DNA of 63,030 bases, filler included, from Phoronis australis (GCA_002633005.1; 6 parts of 6 records of this genome joined end to end with filler, not necessarily neighbours in it); one strand, 5' to 3'. Counted from the whole stretch's first letter, positions 25,201 to 37,125 are shown. Translations and numbers: made by a program. The notes: generated from the sequence alone by a model not told the origin.

Positions 25201-27398
25201 AAATTCTCTGTCAGCTTGCACATGCACAGTTAAGTTTATGTTGGACCCCAGAAAAATGTCCAACTTGGGCTAACTTTAGTACATCCTGTCTCTGAAGTGA
25301 CTTATTGGATTCATATGAAACTTTCCAGATTCTATGCTTTATGACCTTTCTCCAAAACGCTGTTAGAAATCTTCCCATTGTGCAGAATAACTTTAATTTA
25401 TGATTTTTGTGAAAAAATCTTAAGTTGCATGAAACATTTTGATCTTGTCTTGAACATTTATATCAAATAAAATTTGATATTTATTGATACTTTTGTTTTG
25501 ATTTCGATGTACCTTCTTTTTTGTCACATGACCCAGTTAATGGTGGATTGGTAGAAAGTCAAAAATCAAATTCTACACTGCTTTCTACTGTCAGAAAATG
25601 TGCTTTTACCAAAATAAAATCTATAGTTTTGTAGATATTTGGCGTAATAAGTGGACTTCTCAAAAATTGCATGTTTCTTTTTGACTCATGCGCCAAAATT
25701 TGGTTATAAATTAGGTCCTTCGCAGCTGCGTACTCGATTCTACATCATTCGGGTGCGACTTTCCACACTATCTCTTCACAGTACGTAATGTATGTGCGCG
25801 AACAGTGGGTACACTGGATACATGTTTAGACGTTGACTGTCGGTTTGTTTTGGTGGATTGAGAATGATTAAATCCAGTAATTATTATTATATGATAACCA
25901 CTAATTAAAACATGTGAAACCTGTTGTTAATTAAGTAGACTAACAAAAGAGCAACTACGCTAGGGCTCTCATCATCTGTGTGCGACTTTTCACACTATCT
26001 CGTAGTATTGTATGTGTCTGTAGATTTGAATGCTGGTTTGCACTGAATACATGTTAGAAGTTGACATGAGTTTGTTGAAAAAGTAAAAGAGCTGCCAGGG
26101 CTCTCCTGGGTACTAGAATTAGGGACACCAAGGTCGATGACTTGTATTCCAAGCTGGGATTTATGAAAGTAAAACAAAGAAATGAATATCTCTGCCTGTT
26201 GTCTGTACAGATGTATCAATGGCTTGGCTCCAGCACATCTCAACTGAAAATTCAGTCTATAGCAGTCAAGCTGTATATTCTTCACACTCTTCTGTTGCTG
26301 GAAATGTTTCTTTTAAAAACATTAAAACGGAGACCGGCAAGAGATCTTTTATCTATGCTGCTGCTACAATATGGAATTCTCTTTGCCCAGAAATAAAACG
26401 GTCCGATTCAATTGATACTTTCAAATTAACGTAATATTAAAAAGTGGCTGTAATTTACCTAATCTTTTTATACCCTACCTGTCTTAATCATGTCATTCTT
26501 TCATTGTCGTAAATACTCTCACTGTTTAGAGTCATCTCTTTAATTATTTCATCTCTCATTTATTTATTGTGTCTTTATTCTCAACCTGTTTTAATTGTAT
26601 CTTTGATATGTATATTTAATTGTTTTATTACTTCATTGTATTATATTACTGTTTTTTGTTGTTGTGGGGCTCTCTTGGAAAGCAGTGCTATCACCGAAGA
26701 GGCCACCCTCATTTTTAATATCACAATAAATAAATAAATAAATAAAATTATTGCTGAATCTTCGAACTAAAACACACTGTACTGCGACAGTGTACTTGCT
26801 GGTCACAGTCCTTCGTGATGCAACACTTGCAGGCAGTATCTTCTACCCAGTATATGATTCCTCTTGCTGGTCACAGTATGCACAAATTTTGGGCAACTTA
26901 AGTGGAGCTATCTGTTAAACTTAATCACTTAACACACTTAATTTGCATGATATGACGTCCAGTGATTGGATTGGATATAACTATAACAAGTAACTTCAAT
27001 GTTCTCTTGTTATGTAGGTTTGACTTGAGATAGTTGCTTTGTTCATAATTTGATTTACTTGGAGCACAGGGTTGCTAAGTTTAAAACTGTGGAATTCCTC
27101 AGTTACCTTGAGCACACTTTGAGCAGACCAAGCAAAGATCACTTTGTAGAACACTGTAGGAACTTTCTGTTATTAGAATGTGAGACTAGTCTACTTAATA
27201 TGTATTTGGTCATCTACTAACTCCGCATTGTATCTTTTAATTCAGGCCATGCAAATTCTTGGTGGAATGGGTTATGTGACGACTATGCCTGCTGAGCGTT
27301 TGTACAGAGATGCCCGAATTACCGAGATCTATGAAGGAACCAGTGAAGTGCAAAGACTGGTTATATCGCGAGCTGTCTACAAAGATTATGGCCACTAA
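13067..27398 (+). CDS. ACADS: Short-chain specific acyl-CoA dehydrogenase, mitochondrial; 10 exons: 13067-13218, 15919-16068, 16696-16807, 19298-19413, 19870-19905, 20083-20253, 20971-21027, 21414-21494, 22353-22505, 27246-27398; first exon not found
   Basis: All introns GT-AG with compatible phases; motifs [78 protein letters not shown] (catalytic Glu). Confidence 0.96.
13291..14742. mobile_element. Non-autonomous DNA transposon in an ACADS intron, TIR CAGGGCTTGGAAT, 6-bp TSD AGTATT
   Basis: 13-bp TIRs; AGTATT at 13285-13290 and 14743-14748; internal inverted repeats at ~13620-13775 and ~14445-14600. Confidence 0.85.
15919..16068 (+). CDS. ACADS: ACADS exon (VKKLGELG...IMSVSN)
   Basis: cag|...|gtgagt, 150 bp. 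Confidence 0.95.
16696..16807 (+). CDS. ACADS: ACADS exon (SLYLSPL...GCFGLSEP)
   Basis: ccag|...|gtaggt, 112 bp. Confidence 0.95.
18515..19060. repeat. Diverged interspersed repeat, second copy at ~24635-25110
   Basis: Shared CCCAACTTGTT...AACAAGTTGGG hairpin and collinear blocks (atggttggagggc, gataattgctctaatc, gtcaaatgctgatcat). Confidence 0.65.
19298..19413 (+). CDS. ACADS: ACADS exon (GNGSDAGA...[12 protein letters not shown])
   Basis: ctag|...|gtaatt, 116 bp; not in the ORF track. Confidence 0.95.
19870..19905 (+). CDS. ACADS: ACADS 36-bp micro-exon ([12 protein letters not shown])
   Basis: tttatag|...|gtaggc; fills the conserved VFA-TD--HK segment. Confidence 0.9.
20083..20253 (+). 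CDS. ACADS: ACADS exon (GISAF...GFKIAM)
   Basis: tacag|...|gtatag, 171 bp. Confidence 0.95.
20971..21027 (+). CDS. ACADS: ACADS exon ([19 protein letters not shown])
   Basis: tttag|...|gtaagt, 57 bp. Confidence 0.93.
21414..21494 (+). CDS. ACADS: ACADS exon (AALDCAVDY...FQAIQ)
   Basis: ttcag|...|gtaatc, 81 bp. Confidence 0.93.
21915..22080. repeat. 17-bp minisatellite (AGTACCTTGACAGCGTT) x~10
   Basis: Direct tandem copies. Confidence 0.95.
22353..22505 (+). CDS. ACADS: ACADS exon (MKIADM...FNAHQ)
   Basis: ttcag|...|gtacat, 153 bp. Confidence 0.95.
22592..23889 (+). mobile_element. Apparently full-length HINE-like element in an ACADS intron
   Basis: 5' TTTTTATGCGTCCAC...GTGGGTGCAT hairpin; 3' GTGGGCGCAT subTIR, CAATGC-TTC-GCGTTG stem-loop and CTCTTGTTT end; internal tandem units. 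Confidence 0.75.
26200..26748 (+). mobile_element. 5'-truncated LINE (CR1/L2 group) 3' end
   Basis: [31 protein letters not shown]-terminal motif, 3' stem-loop at ~26665-26705 and (AAAT)n tail. Confidence 0.8.
27246..27398 (+). CDS. ACADS: ACADS last exon
   Basis: ttcag|[11 protein letters not shown]...[24 protein letters not shown]. Confidence 0.96.
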   Translation, partial: AMQILGGMGYVTTMPAERLYRDARITEIYEGTSEVQRLVISRAVYKDYGH

Positions 27399-27536
27399 TG
27401 TTACATCAGATTACATTACGTATCACATCATCAACAGTCTGAATGACGTTATTAGTTAAGAACAGGGCATTTTTAAGTTTCCTGTTAATTTACCTACGAT
27501 TACAGTTTGCACTGGGGTTACTAATGCAGGGAGTAG

Positions 27537-27694
27537 CAGTGGCGGATTTAGAGGGGGGCCAAGGGGACCATGGCCCCCCCTAAAATTGTCTCAGATTCCA
27601 TTTGGCAGTTGGGGAGTGCGAATGTGTGGCAGGCAAAATCCTGGCTAATACTGTGCCCTGGCCTCCCTAACTCAAAATCCTGGATCCGCTACTG
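27537..27694. mobile_element. Short MITE, TIR CAGTGGCGGAT, 5-bp TSD AGTAG
   Basis: CAGTGGCGGAT...ATCCGCTACTG flanked by AGTAG on both sides; inverted sister copy at 51808-51965. Confidence 0.8.
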
Positions 27695-27886
27695 AGTAGT
27701 TTAACAAACACTCCCAGGTATCTCCAAAATGTCTAATTGAAGTTCACTGTATCCAAATCGATATGTATGCGATATAGTTGACTTTTGGAATAGCCTACAT
27801 CACAAATGAACAGTTACAATCCAGGTTCGTTATACTGCTGGTTGACTTACTTCTTGTATGCTGTATTCTTAGTATAGGCCTCATCA

Positions 27887-28296
27887 TTTTTAAGTGCCCA
27901 CATATTTATATGTGGGTCCATATTGCTGTCATCTCTGTCTGGGCATCCGCAGCTCCTAAACCCCTTGAAGGATCTCATTGAAATTTGACGTGTACTTTCC
28001 TGTGGGGTTGACTATGGAGGGCGACGAGTTTCAGATCGACCTGATTACAGCTGTGCCCCCTGGTGGCAATTTTAGTTTTTTTACGTTTGCCTCTGTATCT
28101 TCAAAGGTTCTCAACAGATTTTCATGAAATTTGGTACTGAGGCATCTATCCTTCCATTTTCGGGTGGGTTGGAGGCATTTTGCACCATCTTGTGGCCATT
28201 TATACTATTTTCGAGTCTTGTTTTTTGGCGCCCACCACTCGAGCAACGAAACCACTCTAAGGATGATTGTGAAAATTGGTATGTATGTTCTTACTA
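27887..28296 (+). mobile_element. HINE-like copy truncated by a gap
   Basis: GTGCCCACATATTTATATGTGGGTCCAT hairpin; homologous to the 22592 copy. Confidence 0.7.
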
Positions 28297-28396
28297 NNNN
28301 NNNNNNNNNNNNNNNNNNNNNNNNNNNNNNNNNNNNNNNNTTAATTAATTAANNNNNNNNNNNNNNNNNNNNNNNNNNNNNNNNNNNNNNNNNNNN

Positions 28397-28832
28397 GTAA
28401 GTTGATCGCTTAAGAATTAATAGAAACACTGTTGTTTTGTGAAGTGTTATCACGTGTAAGCAGTGGCCCGAAACTTTCTTCGGCGAATCCGGGAATTTAC
28501 AAAAGTGGCCGAAAGTGTTAGCCAATGAAACGCGTCAAAGATCGATTCTTCATATCCCATGTTCACGCGACTTGCTTACAAGTCATCGGGAGGCCTGTTC
28601 TCGGTTAGTGTTCTTTTGAACTTGTATTTGGCAACAACCAAATAACGGTCGGATTAACAAGAGCTGCTTTGTATTTGCCAGGTATCTGTTGAGAAGTGTA
28701 AAAACTCAGCTCGCATTCGTTGGAAATTCCAGGTCGCATTTTGCGACTTTATACGAGCTGAAAAAAATCTCAGCTCGCATTTCCAAATTTCAGGTCGCAA
28801 ATGCGACCTGCAGCTCGTTATGTCGAGCCCTG
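28397..28832 (-). mobile_element. Family A transposon copy
   Basis: Reverse complement of 62321-62760; same terminus. Confidence 0.8.
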
Positions 28833-28895
28833 CTGACAGGGGAGACTATTTTGTCTGATTATTGCACATGGGTCACGTCATTAAAGGGGACTTAC

Positions 28896-28995
28896 TAGAA
28901 TAGCTGCTCTTTACTGTTAAGCGTAAAATGAAGTCTATTGTAAGATCAACGTCGAACTGGTGGTCTTCAAGTGATTCTCGGATCAAGGTGGAGTC
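28896..28995 (-). CDS. OTUD3: OTUD3-like exon (UBA-like domain, second half)
   Basis: ttacag|DSTLIRESLEDHQFDVDLTIDFILRLTVKSSYS|gtaagt, 100 bp. Confidence 0.8.
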
Positions 28996-29519
28996 CTGTA
29001 ATGAAAATTTGAAAATGTAACACTATGCGTTTTGAGATCTGATTCACGAATCTGTCACACTCGTACACTAAAGTCAGGGATGGAAATGACCAAAGACAAG
29101 AAAGAGGGAAATTTTCCAGATGATGCATAGTTCTACAAATGAATAGGCTTGTGTGATAGATATTTTTGTGTTGTAAAATTTAACTGATGTAAACGTTTTT
29201 GAATGAATAAAGTCAAAACAGTGATAAAAAGAGACCTGCAAAAAGAGAAACCTGGAAATTGGAAATCGAATCCAAAAATGAGGAAATCCTCTTAAAAGAG
29301 GAAAATTCCACGCCCTGACAACTGACGCGTAACTGCAATTTTGATTTTTTAATCCTAAAAACTTCTTAGAGAATGAAATGTTCAGCTAACATACTTAGCA
29401 GATGTGCCTTTAACATGACACACTGCTGTCAAAAGTTTAAAGTAAGCTGAAAACATTGACACCAAAAACTGACACATGGTTCTCTCATCCTACTAGTGTA
29501 TGCATGAAAATTGACTCAC

Positions 29520-29693
29520 AGTACATCCTGTCATATTAGAGATATGTCTTTCCACATCAACCACGTCTCGTACGACGCGCGCTACTCCGTCGACTGTGTC
29601 TGGATATGCTTCATCAAACTCATCTTCATTATCGTAAGTCGTGTAGCCGTTCTGAGTACCACAATCGGGGGCTCTGTCCTCCGGGTTGGTTAT
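29520..29693 (-). CDS. OTUD3: OTUD3-like exon (acidic linker + UBA-like start ...ERHISNMTGCT)
   Basis: aatag|...|gtgagt, 174 bp, phase 0-0; ends in TGCT, comparable to vertebrate NATGCS|D. Confidence 0.8.
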
Positions 29694-30673
29694 CTATTGT
29701 AAACAAGTGGCCAGACATGTTTATACACAGAACAGAGGGTTGTCGCGTCAAAGGTGATGCACCCAGTCATAGCTAAGAACATCAAATCATCATTTTTACT
29801 GGCCCACACTTCAAAAAAGGTGAATGAAAATGGAGCATAGGTTACGTAAGACCGTCACACTTGTCTAACTTCAGAGCATCATATCTCAGAAGAGGCTGAT
29901 CAGTTTCATATGATTAAACGTTCACATACTATGCTTTATGCACTGTTCTTCAAAACACTGTTAGGAATCATGTTTCAAACTTTCCATTTCGTAATACCAT
30001 CAAAACACAGGACTTTTATAATTTTCTTGCATGAAATGAAATCGTACTTTAAAAAAACTGTAGCAATGAGATGTCATACATTTATTCCAAATTAAGTTTG
30101 ATGCGTTGATACTACTGTTTTGCCGTGAGTGTACCTTTTTTGGCTAACATTTACTAAAAAGACATGGTCATTTGACAAAATTAATGGCAGATTGGTAAAA
30201 AGTCAAAAATCAAATTCTACAGACTTTCTACTTTCACAAAATGTACACTTTTACTACATTAAAATCTATAATATTGCAGATATTTGGCCTTTGTGAATGA
30301 AAGGTTTATATCTAAACTAATTAAACACTAAAGAGCTCCTAAGTTAAAATACTCCGCCAATACAACAAGACGCTTAGCACTGCAAAGAAAGAGCGAAACT
30401 TAACCGATACGTAACAAGCATGACATGTTAATGAAAGTTTGAACAAGCCTATTAACAAATCATTTAAAAAAGCATCCATAACAACAGAGATCAAGTAACG
30501 GCATATGCAACCAATTCCAGGGTACATAGCAAATGCCAAAAGTAAACCGAAAAAGCTATGTTCCCGTGTCATAATGGTTATGATGGGGAATACTGTTGAG
30601 GCTCAGTTGTCATTACAAGGAATTCCGGGTCATTTATCAGATTATTTTTGGCAAGCACCATAAATCAACATAC

Positions 30674-30796
30674 CTTAAGTTTGATGTTTGCCGGTGTCTC
30701 AGTATTGTCGCCCAGTTTTCTAACGCTCGAGTAGTGTTCTCCATTGTGGTACGTGATGTGTAGCTCGCGACAACCTGCCTTGTCTGTGCCGGGGAC
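30674..30796 (-). CDS. OTUD3: OTUD3-like exon with the OTU catalytic His
   Basis: ttgcag|VPGTDKAGCRELHITYHNGEHYSSVRKLGDNTETPANIKLK|gtatgt; compare OTUD3 [27 protein letters not shown]. Confidence 0.9.
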
Positions 30797-30988
30797 CTGC
30801 AAGAGGAAAGGTCTGGTCTAAGAGCGTATCCTACAGTCGTGACCAAGGACAACGTGAGCACACTTATGCAAACAAACGAAATCCTCAAGACAATGTGTAG
30901 TCTAACATGGCAGATAGATCGCAAGCGCAGATGATGTGGAAAGCAAACGCTAATAATTGTGACCAAAGCAGCCATTGCAATGTAAATG

Positions 30989-31260
30989 CTGCCCAGTGGT
31001 TAACCTGGTAGACTCTCAACCAAAAGGCCATGGGTTCAATTCCTGGCTGCTGCAGTCATAAGGTTGCGCCAGTGTTGAGTAAGGCACTTAAACTGCAGTG
31101 ATCCAGCTGACTCAGCTGTTTAAAACGAACCAATAGATGAGTACCAACCATCACTGGGAAGTAAAATGTGACAGGGGCAGTTGAAAGATATGATTTAGCA
31201 ATCCACCCAGTGAGCCTGGCTGGCAGCTTGCAAAGGATTGACTTACAACATACATTGTCA
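30989..31260 (+). mobile_element. tRNA-derived SINE with a Deu/Nin-like central domain
   Basis: A-box GCCCAGTGG, B-box GGTTCAATTCC (31033-31043), then TTGAGTAAGGCACTTAA...GACTCAGCTGT...ATGAGTACC. Confidence 0.7.
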
Positions 31261-31316
31261 TAGCCAACTAAAGTTAAAAGATAACACATTGTTCACGAAA
31301 ACAACAACGGATTTAA

Positions 31317-31364
31317 AACTTGACATGTTTCGGTGTCATTTATTAAACACCATCCTCAGAAGTC
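31317..31364 (-). ncRNA. Minimal type I hammerhead ribozyme motif
   Basis: GACUU-CUGAGGA-U-GGUGUU(uaauaaau)GACACC-GAAACAU-GUC^AAGUU; 5-bp stem I, 6-bp stem II, palindromic ACAUGU stem III, GUC triplet. Confidence 0.8.
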
Positions 31365-32606
31365 ATAATACAGTGGCCACCTAGCTATGAAAACAAGTGT
31401 ACAGTCCTGTGTAGGTCTTCTTATGAAATACTGATGTTATCACTGAGGTACCCTCATGNNNNNNNNNNNNNNNNNNNNNNNNNNNNNNNNNNNNNNNNNN
31501 NNTTAATTAATTAANNNNNNNNNNNNNNNNNNNNNNNNNNNNNNNNNNNNNNNNNNNNTTTTTTCCCACACACACCCGCTAGACGTCTCTACGGTCCATG
31601 GAACAACAATGGCCGCCAGTGGCCGTCCAATAGGATTTCGCTAGGTGAAACGTCTCCCTCTCTACGGTCTCTGGTGGCAATTCAAGATCATATTACACAA
31701 ATACTCGTTCTGATGTTATCAAATGCTTAACTTCATGAAAAGCGCAATCGTCGTCAGCTGTCTTACTCTACCCTGTTCTCGAGCAGTTCATTCAGAGGGA
31801 CCATAGGCAAAATATTTGCTATAGTAATATACATGCCCTAAAAACGAACTTGGGTCTTTCATTACGGCATCAAATTTCTCGCGTGTGTTGTTCATGCCCT
31901 CAGGATCTATCACATGGCCGCAGTATTCGATTTTCTTTTTGAAGATCTCGCATTTCTGTAGGTTGTCGCCTAGTGCGTACTCGCGTAAACGCCTCAAACC
32001 TGTTCAATGTGAGCAAAATGCTCCCCATCACATCTGCCTGTGATGATGACGTCATCCAGTAACACTTGGGTTTTCGGCAGTCCTGGTAGCACCTGTTCCA
32101 TAGCGCGTTGCCCAATGGCTGGAGCAGATGCAACTCCAAACAGAAACGGTTTGAATTATACTGGAAAAGACCCTTATGAGCTTTAATCGTGAGATACTTG
32201 CGATCTTACTCTCGGACTTCCATTTGGAGATAAGTGTAGGTTCACCGCCTGTGAGAGTGGCAAAACTTCGTCAATTCGAGATTTCTCATTTTCTAAAACC
32301 GAATTGAGCGTAACCTTAAAATCTCCGCAAATACGGATGCTCGCGAGCTTTTTGACAATCGAGACTATGGGTGACGCCCAATCAGTATGGTACACTTCGC
32401 TCAAGATACTTGTGTTTACCATCCAGTTTAGTCAAGTTCACCCTCAACACGAAGTTGCAGCGCGTACGCTACAAGACGTGACTTGCAAAAATTCGTTGTC
32501 GCGTTTTCTCTGAGGTTGGCTCGTGCCTCAATGTTTTTCAACGGTCCAAGTTCGTCTCGGAACACATCTCTGTTTTCCGCGCACATGAACTTCGCTTTCG
32601 ATATAG

Positions 32607-32903
32607 CAGATACCGGTGTGGTTGGTAAAGATACCGCTGTGGCTGATAAAGATACCGGCGTGGCTGATAAAGATACCGCTCTGGCGGATAAAGATACCGG
32701 CGTGGCTGATAAAGATACCGCTGTTGCTGATAAAGATACTGGCGTGGCTNGCCGATAAAGATTCCGCTGTGGCTGATAAAGATACCGGCGTGGCTGATAA
32801 AGATACCGGCGTGGCTGATAACGAAACCGGCATGAACGATAAAGATACCGGTGTGGCTGATAAAGATACCGGTGTGGCTGATTAAGATACCGGTGTGGTT
32901 GAT
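32607..32903. repeat. 21-bp minisatellite (GATAAAGATACCGGCGTGGCT) x~14 inside the Gypsy pol
   Basis: Direct tandem copies. Confidence 0.95.
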
Positions 32904-34543
32904 AAATTTGCGCTAAGTGCACGAATCCACTCTCAACCAAACAATGGTGGCCACAGCTTTCAGTTATATTCTAGTTTAATTCATCTGTCTCCGGTCGTCC
33001 TCATCACCAGAAATTCGTGAACTAGGCCATCCGCGAGGTGGCGATCGTCGTGTGAGTGTTTGCCAATCACAGTCTAGGTCAGAGGTCAGTTCCCTTGTTT
33101 TGCGTTAACACTCACCATAGAAGGAGGTGATCGACAAGAATTGAAATTAACTTAAAAGTTTGGTTGAATCTGATGTTGATATCACAGAATCTAAACTACC
33201 GAAGCACGTCGAGACCGTGGGCGAGGAATTTCGGCAAGTTGAACGTGTCATGGCTTGAGCAAAATCGAAAACAGTGAGTATAAACATGCCAGGCATAGCT
33301 GGTGTAGCACAGCTCAGCTGATTCAGTGACTGACCAACCGAGTTGTTGCTGCACACAATTACTTAATATGATTTACTGTCGATTTAATATTAACTATTTT
33401 ATAGTTGCAATGGTCTGTGAAATGTGTTTTAATATAGCCTGATTACGTCTGTTACACTTTCCCACTNCTTCATCGCACACCCACCTTCTCATTCCCCAGC
33501 GGACGTACGTGCTCGCCAGTGTACGGTGTCACACGCTCTGATGTTCCTTGTGAAAGACAGGAGAGAAATCACGGATACGCCTGCCCCCTTGTCTAGTGCA
33601 TCAACAGGAGCGGTCTGTCCATCTCGGGCTCGACCCATATGATGTCGCGATAATTTTTCACGCGACAGAGCTATAATGGTTCCAGAGTATCCAAATACTA
33701 GGGAACGCTATCTCTAGAACTATCAACTACCCGCTAGATTTCGATGAGCAAGCTTTAATTCTGTGTGTATCCGACTTGGCCACATCGGTGACGCTGCGTT
33801 TTTGAAATAACATTCACTTGGATCATGACCAAGTTTTTTGCACTGAAAAACCCTCGTTGACGTGTTTTGTCTTTGTCGCGCCCCCATTTGAGCAGAGTGA
33901 CCGTCTTTACCTTTATTGTGCGAGTTAGGCTCACTAGATTTTTCTCACTCAACAGACGTTTTTGGATTTGTTCATTGCGTAACCCACATACCAATCTATC
34001 TCGCCGAGTATCGTTCAAGTTCGCACCAAATTCGCGATAATGACGTAATTTTCTCAACTAGACAATATAATCTCTCTTGCTTTCCCCTTCGTTTTGTTCA
34101 CGCGAAACCAAAAGCGTTCAACAATGGCTGTGGGCGCAGGGGACAATTAATGCTTTTCAAGTGCACTGGTTAAAAAATCATACAACTTGGAGCAGGGTAA
34201 ATCTAGGGCAGTCAAATCTCTACACAAACCATACGTCTGTCCGCCAATACAACGGGGCTCATTTTTCTCACTCTGGATACGCCGTTGGCTAAGAAATTAA
34301 TACTGATCTACACGTAGTCAATCTTTATAAGCGCACCACGGAGCGACTGTGTTGTAGAACACTTCAGTTTTCCCAATATTGCCTGACAGTTCGGCATTCA
34401 CGTTAGAAAATAAACAAAGGACTATGTGTCACTACGCATTGCAAATTCTCAGACTTCCGACAAATCGAAGCGCACTTTCGCTAATAGTAATGAAGGTTGG
34501 AAGTTCCAGCTATCATCCTGTTATGACCTTCCCACCAAAAAAA

Positions 34544-34557
34544 CATCCTCGTCACCA
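34544..34557 (-). promoter_or_regulatory. Primer-binding site complementary to the tRNA-Ser(GCT) 3' end
   Basis: LTR end ...CGACA, ttt spacer, TGGTGACGAGGATG (tRNA-Ser 3' end ...CATCCTCGTCGCCA, one mismatch). Confidence 0.75.
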
Positions 34558-35699
34558 AAATGTCGTATTTGTCCTCACATTTTGCTGAGACACCGGCACA
34601 AACCGTGGTACTTTCGTAGACTGCACTGATTATCAGTAACTATTAACCACGGCGACATCTATCGGGCAACATAGATAATAGGATCCCCTCGTCACCCTTG
34701 ACGTGACCGCAATAACCTTGTCAATCAAACCACCACACGTTAGTTTGCCTTTTTAACTTTAAAACTACGGTATGCGGGCGTTCTTTGCTAAAATCCTGAG
34801 CGCCACCATGTGGCACATTTTAGAGGCTTTTGTGTACAGCACCTTACGAGCCCGCACTCCGGTGTCATTTGCTGACATTTTGGCTTAAGTATGAAATAAT
34901 CTATGTTGTTTATTGTTGCAGCTGGCTATACTATTATTGAAAGCAAATGAGATCAAACAGTAGTTTTTGTTTGGAGCTGCCGGTAGCTTGTTTTAACGGT
35001 GTGTATTCTTTAAGAAATAAAAATCCACCGTGCCAAATTCTCAGAGGAATGTTTCAGGTGTCTTGCTGGAAGCGACCTAATCTTGTGAAGAAGTGCCCAA
35101 AATAATAAAGTGTTGCGCGTGCGTTTACAAGAAAGTGACGGGAGCTTTGCTGACTAACGACATCATGCTGCCATTTAATGTTACGACAAACTTCGTCAAA
35201 GCGTCGTCTTACACACACATTAAGGAAACATTTCAATGTCGGTCCATGTTAAAACTTATATTCAAGATAATTAAGTAAAATACTAATAAATGACAATGAA
35301 CATTCTGGAAACAAGGGTTCTAAACCGTTCAGGCATAAAAACACCTTTTCGTAAAACTATAGAAACTCAACAACCTAAAGTCTAATAGCTAAATCTATCA
35401 AGTTGACAATTACATCGGTAAGCCTGGATAGAGTTCAGTAACGATAAAAGCTACGCTAGGACTTCGCTAAAATCTAGCCTAAATCACGTCTTCTCATTAA
35501 AAATACACGACAATATCTCACGTAATCTCGCGAAGTTTTGCTTTCTAGCGAGGTCGTAGCATTACTGAAAAGAGAGCCGCATTTAAGTAACCTTGTTAGT
35601 GCACGACATGTTGACACTGTTAACCATAATGCAGGTTAACGTCTTACACAGCGGCAACAGTGCTCATACTTCAGTTCCTTCCGGTCTGCTCTAGTTACT

Positions 35700-35968
35700 A
35701 ATAGGCCGCTACATGGCTTTAGTCACGTGTAGCTATCACAACGAAGACAGTTCTCGCACAGACTTCTACACTCTACTGCTCCACACTTCTATGGTTACTA
35801 ATGACTACAGTCACGTATAGCTATCATAACAAAGACAACTCGCACACAGACGTTTACAGTGTACTGTTCCACACTTCTATGGTTACTAATGACTACAGTC
35901 ACGTATAGCTATCATAACAAAGACAACTCGCACACAGACGTTTACAGTGTACTGTTCCACACTTCTAT
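35700..35968. repeat. 88-bp minisatellite, continuing at 38563-38690
   Basis: ccacacttctat recurs at 88-bp spacing; the same unit resumes after 38562. Confidence 0.85.
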
Positions 35969-37125
35969 AGACTCTATTCACGCGGCGGCCATTAAGATCC
36001 AAAGCGAGGCTCACTGCGATAAACAAAGCGAAAGTAGACATTGCGTGAGTTAAATAGCCGGTCTTACGAGTCCAACCTGGATATTAAATTTTAATGATGT
36101 GTCGACAATTAACTACAGAGACGCAGAAAATTACATTAGAGAACAAGTTAAGGCGCATAAGAGTTGTCTGACGAAAGGGTTTAATTTTTTTCAGAAAACT
36201 AGGTTCGAAACATGAAAAGTAAATATGACCAAATTGCTGCGATCGTAGTGTTACGGATTAGGTATTATGCTGAATGCAGGGTTACGTTTTTTCTTGTAAA
36301 TTGTTGATCAAAATATTTTCTACGCGGACCAGGTCATCTGCTCGTATTGTTGACGAGTTGAAGACACTAGTATTCAACACTGGTGTCTGTCATGTGCAAT
36401 TAGTCACATATGGTTTAATTTGTTGATCAAGAATATTAACATCAAGCATAGCCTGATCCTATGCACTCACTGGGACTAACAGTTGATTTGTCATTGGTCT
36501 GAAAGAATAATTGATGTTATTAAATATATTTTTATTAAAATAAAAAACCAGGCTCGTAATTGAAAATAAAAATTATTTGACCATCAATGCTTTCTTGGTT
36601 GTAATAATTCTTACGTCTATTTCATGTGTTAGATTTCAAAAATCAATCTGGACCAAGTTGAATTTTAAAATTAAAACACCTAATTCGTTCGTCCAAAACA
36701 TAACATCGTTTTAGAACTCAATTTCAGTTAACTGGACAATGCAATCATAGTTATCNNNNNNNNNNNNNNNNNNNNNTTTGCCCCCCCCCCCCCCCCCCCT
36801 AAATCCGTAGTCATGAAAACACAGCCTGGCTGGCCCATTCTCCGGTCGTTACGGGAACAACTGACCGACATGCGACAAATGATCTAACTTTTCGAAAACA
36901 TTTATAAATTTTACATATTTTGCATCGTCGCGGCAACGACCCAACGCTTCCGAATATCAACGTCTGTAGAGATTGTGAAGCAGACAGTTGCATGTCCGTA
37001 TTTTTTCTAGCCGTTCGCGGAACAACACGGTCTGAAACACCTGACAGAACTATGCCGATAAGCTAACAGAGCATCGTAGCGAGCCTCGTTTTGGAATGCG
37101 CCTCCTGTCGGCGTGAATAGGGTCT
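35969..37125 (+). mobile_element. MITE with AGAC...GTCT termini and AT TSD (ISL2EU/Harbinger-related), copy 1
   Basis: AT|AGACTCTATTCACGCGG ... CGGCGTGAATAGGGTCT|AT. Confidence 0.7.

Larger units (their letters stand above)
31560..34685 (-). mobile_element. Decayed Ty3/Gypsy (Mag-like) LTR retrotransposon: LTR, PBS, gag, protease and RT fragments
   Basis: gag RDRLVCGLRNEQIQKRLLSE; TPYTGEHVRPLG; RT DWASPIV..IRICGDFKVTLN, LDDVII, KCEIFKKKIEYCGHVID; many stops and frameshifts. Confidence 0.9.

Noticed and set aside
30637-30975. 112-aa ORF in the track
   Set aside because: Wrong frame; the real coding frame is the OTUD3-like exon 30674-30796.
30989-31060. tRNA gene
   Set aside because: No full cloverleaf; followed by a SINE core, so it is a SINE head.
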